Virus record (IMG/VR): IMGVR_UViG_3300028886_000036
Location: 1-64,000 of that record
Direction: 5' to 3' (one strand)
From: a virus
Lineage: Duplodnaviria > Caudoviricetes
DNA length: 64,000 nt
Numbering within the stretch: the first letter of the stretch is position 1; the number at the start of each line of letters is the position of its first letter. The notes under the pieces were generated by a model, which saw nothing but the letters and a program-made list of their open reading frames with translations, was not told where the DNA came from and did not search any database. Positions 38,370 through 46,900 of the stretch are shown piece after piece. Position numbers and translations under genes: made by a program.

Positions 38370-39299
38370 CTACTTGGACAGTAGAGCCTCAACGTGTTCG
38401 ATGGTGCGAGTAAGGTCGAACACGTTGCATATCATTCCACGAGGACTGCCAGCAATTCCTGCATGCCCACCAGCTCCGGCACCAAAAATCTCGCGCATAA
38501 TTTCGGCAGCGTTATGTTTCTTGCCACCATCTTCAAATGCAAGCGTCACCGAGCTTTTCTTGGTGCTGTAGCTAATGGTACAGGGACGTACCGTAGTATC
38601 AGACCCACAATAGGAAGATGCAGTAAAGTACGGGCCGCAAAAGCCTCTGATGTTTTTACTTTCATATACCAGAGAACCTTCGGTTTGCTCCTTCTTTTTA
38701 GCTTCCCACACTTCCCCTGCAGAAATGACTTCAGTATCCATGTGAGCGATCTTGTCAAGCAGAACGAAATATTCTGCCACAAGAGCCGTCACATCTGTGA
38801 TAGAATCCCTGGAGAACATCGGCGGTCTGTGGTACTCATTGTACGCCCAGAAAGCGCGGAGCTGTTTCTGGGCTTTCTCAGGGACTTCCAGAACGTGGTG
38901 AGGGCCATTACAGTCGATATAGGCCGCTGCATTCCAGAATTCCTGTTCCTCGGGATTGAAATACCCCAGAAGAAGTCCGATGCCTCCTAATGTATCCAAA
39001 TCAAGATGACTTACAATGATAGTTTTAGGCAGCATAGGAGATACATTCTCTTCACAAATGCTGTTCCAAACGCACGGAGCCGGATTGCTACTCCTGCTAT
39101 CGTGATGCGCTAGAGTAGCCCATTTTTCAAGTCTAGGACTTCCGGTAATAACGTGCTCTCCATATTCGGCTTCGACAGTAGCATACGGAGCATTATCCAC
39201 GTTAGCTACAGTTTTAGCAAGATCATACGTAGGGCAAAGAAGCACCTTAGCACCCTTCATGATCTCGGCGTTAATGTTGCTGTTGATGTTGTTGTCCAT
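38370..39299 (-). CDS. DHH/DHHA1-like phosphoesterase (early, GC-rich)
   Basis: LAHHD, SHLDLD, YIDCNG, C-terminal GAGGHAGIAG; start at ATG 39299 after GAAAGG. Confidence 0.55.
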   Translation of the reverse strand: MDNNINSNINAEIMKGAKVLLCPTYDLAKTVANVDNAPYATVEAEYGEHVITGSPRLEKWATLAHHDSRSSNPAPCVWNSICEENVSPMLPKTIIVSHLDLDTLGGIGLLLGYFNPEEQEFWNAAAYIDCNGPHHVLEVPEKAQKQLRAFWAYNEYHRPPMFSRDSITDVTALVAEYFVLLDKIAHMDTEVISAGEVWEAKKKEQTEGSLVYESKNIRGFCGPYFTASSYCGSDTTVRPCTISYSTKKSSVTLAFEDGGKKHNAAEIMREIFGAGAGGHAGIAGSPRGMICNVFDLTRTIEHVEALLSK

Positions 39300-39421
39300 A
39301 ATTAGGACCTTTCTGAGTTTTATACTCTTCACTGAGTCCCTCAAGTTCTAGCCTATCTACCCAGGTAGAATCAGCCAGATACCGTGTTGAGGAGTTTGTA
39401 CTGATCGTTCAGTACACTTAA

Positions 39422-39438
39422 TTAATATATATGTAAAA
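39422..39438 (-). promoter_or_regulatory. Putative phage early promoter (TTTTACATATATATTAA)
   Basis: Matches the shared motif. Confidence 0.55.
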
Positions 39439-39453
39439 TATACTGCTAAAAAT

Positions 39454-39478
39454 AAAGGCTAGGTTTCTCTAGCCTTTC
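39454..39478 (-). terminator. Intrinsic terminator
   Basis: AAAGGCTAG..CTAGCCTTT. Confidence 0.65.
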
Positions 39479-39799
39479 TTAATATAAATTTTCTGGGATT
39501 AATGAATCGTCCCAAGTATCCCCCACTCGTTTCATTTGGTACTTACATTCAGAAACTATTTTATCTCTGAAGTCTTTCATATATTTCTTGGGAGGACATC
39601 CAGGAATGTCAAGAGTCTCGCAAAACGCCTTCCCGCACACTATGCTTATTAAAGATTTCTTAAGATGATGGAATTCGATCTTAATGCCATCTTTTTCGGA
39701 AACGATTACTGCGTAATACATGTGTTTTCGTTTACCAGTGCTATAAAAATAGTTTATTCTGGTACGCCAATACTTCAAATAACTGTCCCGTTCTATCAT
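39479..39799 (-). CDS. Hypothetical early protein
   Basis: 106 aa, AAGGAGG SD, promoter-like motif at 39834-39850. Confidence 0.7.
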   Translation of the reverse strand: MIERDSYLKYWRTRINYFYSTGKRKHMYYAVIVSEKDGIKIEFHHLKKSLISIVCGKAFCETLDIPGCPPKKYMKDFRDKIVSECKYQMKRVGDTWDDSLIPENLY

Positions 39800-39947
39800 G
39801 TTAAAACCTCCTTAAGGTTTATAATATACTTTCATTATATACTTACAATTTTTAATCTGAACAAATATAGAGTATAATTTCTTTTTTATTTAGTACACGG
39901 GCTAGATAGAAAAGATAAATTTTATAAACTATAGAGGAGGTGGTGGA

Positions 39948-40325
39948 TTGGCAACTAAACCTATTGAGCCTGCATTAGTTAATTTAGTAAGGCAATATTT
40001 GTTTCCAAATATCACAGATGATCAATCTATAGCACATGTTTTAATTAGCTTTGATGGTAAGACTCATACTTGGAGTCAATTAAAGGACTTATTGTCTAAG
40101 GTAGCAATGACTAATGACTACAATGATTTAGACAATTTACCATCTATAGCTAATATAGTTAATGATGCAATACAAGCACACAATTCATCTCTTGATGCTC
40201 ATTCAAATCTGTTTCAGGTAGTTTCATCAGAAGACACCGTAAGTGGAATGTCTGATGGTGGAATTTATTTTGAGATTGAGGCAGATGAGGAAGAAGAAGC
40301 AGAAGAAAATAATGGAGGTAGTTAA
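39948..40325 (+). CDS. Tail-fibre-associated small protein
   Basis: TTG after GGAGG; DYNDLDNLP and AHNSSLDAH fibre motifs. Confidence 0.65.
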   Translation: MATKPIEPALVNLVRQYLFPNITDDQSIAHVLISFDGKTHTWSQLKDLLSKVAMTNDYNDLDNLPSIANIVNDAIQAHNSSLDAHSNLFQVVSSEDTVSGMSDGGIYFEIEADEEEEAEENNGGS

Positions 40326-40329
40326 ATAG

Positions 40330-41898
40330 ATGCCTAATAGTGTAAAACGATTTACTATTAAACAAAAAACTGCTTTAGGGGATCTCATCTTACATCCTGA
40401 AACAGAGATTGCCCAAATTGTAGACTTTGAATCTGGAGTTAATAGTTTAATAGCTAATGCTGCTTTCCCAAGATTTGGGCTAGTAGTTGTTAATGAATTA
40501 CCTACTGGTGATGATATTAGATATGATAAGATTTACTTGGTTACAGGTAATTCTGCTGATAATGATGAAGGAAATATATTTACAGAGTATGTTAGAGTTG
40601 GTAATAGTTGGGAAATTTTAGGTGAGCAGAGATCCGCATTACCGGTTGCAACTAGAACCAATATTGGTGTAGTTAGAATTGGTGATAATATCAATGTCGA
40701 TAATGGATTAATTAGTGTTAATACTGCTACTACATCAGCTAAAGGTGTTGTTCAGGTTGGTGACAATATTGATGTTGATGCTGGTGTAATTAGTGTCAAG
40801 AAAGGTTCTACAACTGATTTTGGTATCCTTAAAGTTGGGGATAACATTGATGTTGCTAATAGTGTTATCTCTGTTAAGAAAGGTTCAACTTCTGACTTTG
40901 GTATTTTAAAAGTTGGAGATAATATTGATGTAAGTTCCAGTGTTATTAGTGTCAAGAAAGGTGATGCTAGTAACTATGGTCTTTTAAAAGTTGGAACCAA
41001 TATTGATGTCAATGACAGTACTATCAGTGTTAAGACTGGTTCGACTACTGATAAGGGTGTTTTACAAGTCGGAGATAACCTTGATGTTGCTTCTGGAGTT
41101 ATTTCAGTTAAGAAAGCTTCTACTACAGATTTTGGCGTAGTTAAAGTTGGTACTAACATTGATGTTGGTACTGGTGCAGATTCTGGAGTAATTTCAGTTA
41201 AGACTGGTAGTACAACTGATAAAGGTGTTTTACAAGTTGGTACTAATATTGATGTAGCTAGTGGTGTAATTAGCGTTAAAGATGGATCTACTACCGACAA
41301 GGGTGTTTTACAAGTTGGAGACTATCTTAATGTTTCTAATGGGGTTGTTAACGCGGATGTTGCTACTGATTCTGCTAAGGGAGTTGTCCAGGTTGGAGAT
41401 TACCTTAGTGTTGCGTCTGGTGTAGTTTCAGCAGATGTCGCTACAGACAGTGCTAAGGGAGTTATTCAGGGCGGAGATAGAGTTACTATTAGCTCTGGTG
41501 TTTTATCAGCAGATATGCAGTATGAGATTGTTGATAATAGTAATGGTGGTACAAATACTCCTACAATTGCTGATGGATTCCTTTGGTTTGAGATCACTGG
41601 CGATGGCACAGATGGATTAACATCTAGTACATTAATACTTACAGCTCCAAGCAGTGTGACTGAAGGCAGCGCGTTAACAGTTACTGCTACAGTTACACCT
41701 AATACTGCTACTGGCACAGTTAGATTTACACTTGATGGTGAAGATGCTGGAGCCTTTAATCTTACTAATGGTACCTATGCTAGAACATTTAATAGCCTTG
41801 CAGTTGGTACTCATACAATTACTTGTGTTTATAGTGGTGACTCAACCTATAGGAGTGATTCTGCTTCAGTTGAAGATATCACTGTAACTTCGGCTTAA
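40330..41898 (+). CDS. Tail fibre with ~11 x 26-aa repeats and C-terminal Ig-like domain
   Basis: (A/G)STT.KG(V/I)(L/V)(Q/K)VGDNIDV..GVISV repeats; ATGTVRF..L.VGTHTITCVYSGD..Y. Confidence 0.75.
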   Translation: MPNSVKRFTIKQKTALGDLILHPETEIAQIVDFESGVNSLIANAAFPRFGLVVVNELPTGDDIRYDKIYLVTGNSADNDEGNIFTEYVRVGNSWEILGEQRSALPVATRTNIGVVRIGDNINVDNGLISVNTATTSAKGVVQVGDNIDVDAGVISVKKGSTTDFGILKVGDNIDVANSVISVKKGSTSDFGILKVGDNIDVSSSVISVKKGDASNYGLLKVGTNIDVNDSTISVKTGSTTDKGVLQVGDNLDVASGVISVKKASTTDFGVVKVGTNIDVGTGADSGVISVKTGSTTDKGVLQVGTNIDVASGVISVKDGSTTDKGVLQVGDYLNVSNGVVNADVATDSAKGVVQVGDYLSVASGVVSADVATDSAKGVIQGGDRVTISSGVLSADMQYEIVDNSNGGTNTPTIADGFLWFEITGDGTDGLTSSTLILTAPSSVTEGSALTVTATVTPNTATGTVRFTLDGEDAGAFNLTNGTYARTFNSLAVGTHTITCVYSGDSTYRSDSASVEDITVTSA

Positions 41899-41914
41899 TT
41901 CAATATAAACTATA

Positions 41915-41960
41915 GGGTATATGCCTAGGGTCTAATGCCTCTAGGTATATACCCATTTTT
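41915..41960 (+). terminator. Intrinsic terminator
   Basis: GGGTATATGCCTAG..CTAGGTATATACCC followed by ATTTTT; contains the ORF-track ATG 41935. Confidence 0.8.
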
Positions 41961-41988
41961 AATACAGAAAGAAAAAGAGGTGATTAGT

Positions 41989-43947
41989 ATACCTACTGAA
42001 GTTATTAAACTTGGTAAAATTTATAAAAAGATTAGTAATACCACCTCTCAGGTACTTCACCCAGAAACAGAAACATCACAGCTAGTAGACTTTCCAGATA
42101 AATATAATAACTCTGGTAAATATTTGTCTACTGACGGTATTAACTTATTTTGGAATACTGTTTCAGCTGGAGATTCTTTACCAGATCAAGCTGGAAACTC
42201 TGGTAAATATTTAACCACTAATGGCACTACAGTTAGCTGGGCAGAATTAGGAGTAACATTACCATCTCAAACCGGAAATGCTGGAAAAGTATTACTTACA
42301 AATGGAACAACAGCTTCTTGGGTTTCTTTAAATAGCATTCAAGAGGTATTTAATGTTAATTCATCCACTACTTCTGTTACTTTAGAATCAATACCTAATA
42401 ATGCCGAGTCTAAGTATATAGCAGTGTATCATGACGGGTTAAGATTAGTTGATAATATAGATTATACCTATAATAGCTCAACTAAATCAGTTTCTTTTAG
42501 CAGAAGCTTTTTAGATGGAGATCAAGTAGTTGTATACATTGGACCTATAGATTTCGGAACTGGAGAATCGTCTAGTGAGGGAGGATCTGTTGAAGGCTTG
42601 CCAAGTCAAACTGGCAATGCAGGAAAGTTTCTTACTACTAATGGCACAACATTATCCTGGGCTACAGTAAATGCCTTGCCATCTCAAACAGGTAATTCTG
42701 GTAAATTCCTTACTACAAATGGTACCACTGCTTCTTGGGATACTATATTTTCTGGGGATTATACTGATTTAACAAATAAACCAGATCTTACTTTGAAAGC
42801 TAATGTAGCTGATTTGGCTACTGTAGCTACTACTGGGGACTATGAAGATTTAACCAATCTTCCAGATATTCCAGAGATACCTGATCAGGCAAACAATGCT
42901 GGTAAATTTCTTACTACTGATGGAACTGATTTATCTTGGTCTGATATACTTAATGAGGTTAAAGTAAGTTCTGTTCATTATCCAACAATAAATACTAATA
43001 CAGTAGTGCTTACACAAGCACAAGCTTTACCTAGTACTATTAGTAAATATACTATGTCGGTATATAGAGATGGTATTTATCTTAATCCTAGTATAGATTA
43101 TGGCTATAATAGCTCTACTAGAACATTGACCTTTGTTAAATCCTTTAAAGCAGATGAGGTTGTAACTGTTTTATTTACATATCTTACAACTGACTCTCAA
43201 TCAATGTTAGATTTAGATGTTGAAGAATATGAAGCAGGTAGTGGTATTACTTTCACTAATAACGCTATTAATAATAAAATTACTATTAGCGCGAATGATC
43301 AATTGCCTACTCAAACAAATAACAGTGGTAAATATTTAACTACTAACGGAAGTACTTTAAGTTGGGCTAATGTTGATGAGTTTCCAACTCAAGCTAACAA
43401 TAGTGGAAAATTCTTAACTACTAATGGTACAACAGTATCTTGGGGAACTCCCACCGATACAACATATACACAAGGAACTGGAATAACAATAACAGGAACT
43501 ACTATTAGTGCAAATGATCAATTACCTGCTCGAACAGGTAAATCTGGTCAATATCTTACTACAGATGGGACGAACGTGTCTTGGGGTCTTGCTGTTGTGC
43601 ATCCTTCTGAAAAATGTGTACTAAATAATAATGCAAGCGGTACTATAACATTAGATATTGATGATGCAGTTATTTATAGTTTAAATATGACAGGTAATTC
43701 CAGTATTGTAATATCTAAAGATTCTACACTAGATGTGTATTCTACTAATAGATCAGCTACAATTACATTACTTATTAAAAATGGTGGTAGTTATATTATT
43801 AATTGGCCTAGCAACTTAAATTGGGCCGATAGTATAGCCCCAACATTAAGTATCAATAATAAATATGATGTAATTACTTTAATTACATTTGACAGTGGTA
43901 CTACCTGGTTAGGTTTAAGTACTGGTTCTAACTATACACTTAGTTAA
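41989..43947 (+). CDS. Tail fibre protein (ATA start) with C-terminal adapter domain
   Basis: LPSQTGNSGKFLTTNGTTASW repeats, VY.DG domains; N-terminus paralogous to 40330 (LHPETE). Confidence 0.75.
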   Translation: MPTEVIKLGKIYKKISNTTSQVLHPETETSQLVDFPDKYNNSGKYLSTDGINLFWNTVSAGDSLPDQAGNSGKYLTTNGTTVSWAELGVTLPSQTGNAGKVLLTNGTTASWVSLNSIQEVFNVNSSTTSVTLESIPNNAESKYIAVYHDGLRLVDNIDYTYNSSTKSVSFSRSFLDGDQVVVYIGPIDFGTGESSSEGGSVEGLPSQTGNAGKFLTTNGTTLSWATVNALPSQTGNSGKFLTTNGTTASWDTIFSGDYTDLTNKPDLTLKANVADLATVATTGDYEDLTNLPDIPEIPDQANNAGKFLTTDGTDLSWSDILNEVKVSSVHYPTINTNTVVLTQAQALPSTISKYTMSVYRDGIYLNPSIDYGYNSSTRTLTFVKSFKADEVVTVLFTYLTTDSQSMLDLDVEEYEAGSGITFTNNAINNKITISANDQLPTQTNNSGKYLTTNGSTLSWANVDEFPTQANNSGKFLTTNGTTVSWGTPTDTTYTQGTGITITGTTISANDQLPARTGKSGQYLTTDGTNVSWGLAVVHPSEKCVLNNNASGTITLDIDDAVIYSLNMTGNSSIVISKDSTLDVYSTNRSATITLLIKNGGSYIINWPSNLNWADSIAPTLSINNKYDVITLITFDSGTTWLGLSTGSNYTLS

Positions 43948-43964
43948 AGGAGGGAGAAGTAATC

Positions 43965-46900
43965 ATGCCTACACCTAATTATACAATTGATAAGTTAAAA
44001 CAGCATTTTACAGTAACTATAAATGAACTTCTTCCTACCCAAAGTGGTAATAGTGGAAAGTTCTTAACTACTAACGGAGAAACTATTTCTTGGGCTACAG
44101 TAGATGCTTTACCATCTCAAACAGGCCAATCGGGAAAGTTTCTTACTACTAATGGTACTACAGCAACCTGGGAAACTGTTGATGTTTTACCTACTCAAAC
44201 AAATAATTCTGGCAAATATTTAACTACTAACGGTAGTGTATTAAGCTGGGCTACGGTTGATGCGTTACCAAGTCAAACTGGTCAGAATGGTAAATTTTTA
44301 GCTACTAATGGTACTAATGCAGTTTGGACAGAAATATTTTCTGGAGAAGTTAGAGTATCATCTACACATCACCCGACATCTAACTCTACTACTATAGTAT
44401 TAACTAGTTCTCAAGTCCCAGAGTCTAATGTAGAACAATGGGGATTATCTGTATATAGAGATGGTATTTATCTTATTGACGGTATTGATTACACTTATGC
44501 AAACAATAGTAGAACATTAACTTTTACTAGATCTTTTGAATCTAATGAAGTAGTTAGTGTTAATTTTGCCTATTTAAGTAGTGATAGTGGAACTTCTGGA
44601 TCTACATCATTACCAACTCAAACAGGTCAAAATGGTAAATTCTTATCTACAAATGGACTTGATGCAGTTTGGTCTGATTTACCAATAGCTTCGTCATCTA
44701 CTCTTGGCACTATCAAAGTTGGAAGTAATTTATCTATTAACTCCACTACTGGGGTATTGTCGGCAGATGATCAACTTCCATCACAAACAAACAATAGTGG
44801 TAAATACTTAACTACTAATGGAACATCTGTTTCGTGGGGAACTGTTGATGCCTTACCTTCTCAAACTGGTAATTCTGGCAAAGTATTATCAACTAATGGA
44901 ACTACTGCAAGTTGGATTACAGATGCATTTAGTTCTTGGGATAAAGATTATGATGACTTAACAAATAAACCCACTATACCAGTTGTTCCTACTACAGTAT
45001 CTTCATTTACAAACGATGCAGGATATATAACTAGCGTTGCTTGGAATGATGTTACTAATAAGCCAACGTTATTCTCTGGTAGTTATAATGATTTAACTAA
45101 CAAGCCAGATCTTACTTTAAAAGCTAATGTAGCAGACTTAGCATCAGTTGCAACTAGTGGTAGCTATAATGATTTAGTAGATACACCTACTATCCCCACT
45201 GTACCAACTAATATTAGTTCGTTTACTAATGATGCTGGATATATTACTACAGTTGCGTGGAATGATGTTACTAATAAACCAACATTTGCTACAGTAGCTA
45301 CCAGTGGAGATTATGATGATTTACTCAATAAACCAACTATTCCTACAATACCTACCAATGTATCTTCGTTTACGAATGATTCGGGGTATATAACTAGTGT
45401 TGACTGGGACGATGTTGATAATAAACCCACATTCTTTTCTGGTAATTATAACGATTTATCGAATAAACCGGATCTTACATTAAAAGCTAATGTATCTGAT
45501 TTAGCTACAGTAGCTACTAGTGGTAGTTATAATGATTTATCAGATACACCTACTATACCAACTGTTCCAACAAATGTTAGTGCTTTCACAAATGATTCTG
45601 GGTATATCACTGGAGTTGCTTGGAATGACATAAGTAATAAACCTACATTTGCAACAGTAGCTAATAGCGGAGATTATTCAGATTTAATAAATGTTCCTAC
45701 TAATGTATCTGATTTTACAAACGATGCTGGTTACATTACTTCAGTTGATTGGGACGATGTTGAAAATAAACCTTCTACATTTGCCCCAGCTATACACAAT
45801 CACGATTCTGAATATACTCCGTTATCTACTAGTGTAGGTTCTTCAACCCAAGGTGTATATACCGATATAGATGGTGTAATTAGGGCTATGACGTATCAGC
45901 TTAATAAAACAGTTCCAGCAGATGCTGTGTTTACAGATACGATATACACATTGCCAGAAGCTACTACATCAGAGTTAGGCGGAGTTATAGTCGGGGCTGG
46001 ATTAAGTGTTACAGCTAATGGAACACTTTCAGCTGATAGTCAATTACCAACATTAACTGGGAACTCTGGTAAATATCTTACTACAAATGGTACTAATGTT
46101 TCGTGGGCTAGCATATCTGAATATAGTTTAACGAAGGCTTCTACTACTGAGCTTGGTGGTATTAAAGTCGGGGATAGATTAAGTATAGATTCTAATGGAT
46201 TTTTAAGCGCAGATGAACAATTACCAACTATAACAGGAAATTCTGGGAAGTTCTTAACTACAGATGGTACATCTGTTTCGTGGGGAGATACTCCAGAATA
46301 TACTCTTCCAACTGCTTCAAGTTCAACTTTAGGTGGTATTAAAGTAGGGTCTGGATTATCTATTTCATCCGGGGTTTTATCAGCAGATAATCAATTACCA
46401 ACTCAGACTAACAATAGTGGTAAATACTTAACTACTAATGGCACTTCTGCGTCGTGGGCTAATATTACTGTTACAGGAGTTACTACAACTGGAAGCGGTA
46501 ATGCTGTTACTAGTATTACAGATAATGGTGCTGGTCAATTAACTGCTACAAAAGGATTAACCTTTGCTACTTTAGCTTCCCCAGAATTCACGGGTACTCC
46601 GACTGCTCCGACTGCAACTGCAGGAGATAATAGTACTCAGATTGCTACTACTGCATATGTTGATGGGGCTGTATCAAGTTTAGTTAATTCTGCACCTACA
46701 ACTTTAGATACACTTAATGAATTAGCTGCAGCATTAGGTAATGATCCTAATTTTGCTACAACTGTTTCTACTAGCTTGGGTAATAAGTTAGATAGCAATA
46801 GTGCTAATTACATTAAGTCATTATCCATTTCTGGTAAGACTATTACATATACTAAAGGTAACAATACTACTGGTACTTTAACAACTCAAGATACTACTTA

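Noticed and set aside
38374-38990. Plus-strand ORFs of 65 and 198 aa
   Set aside because: Antisense to the GC-rich DHH-like gene; no SD or recognisable motif.
41935-41988. ORF-track start at ATG 41935
   Set aside because: Lies inside a terminator hairpin with no SD; paralogy favours 41989.
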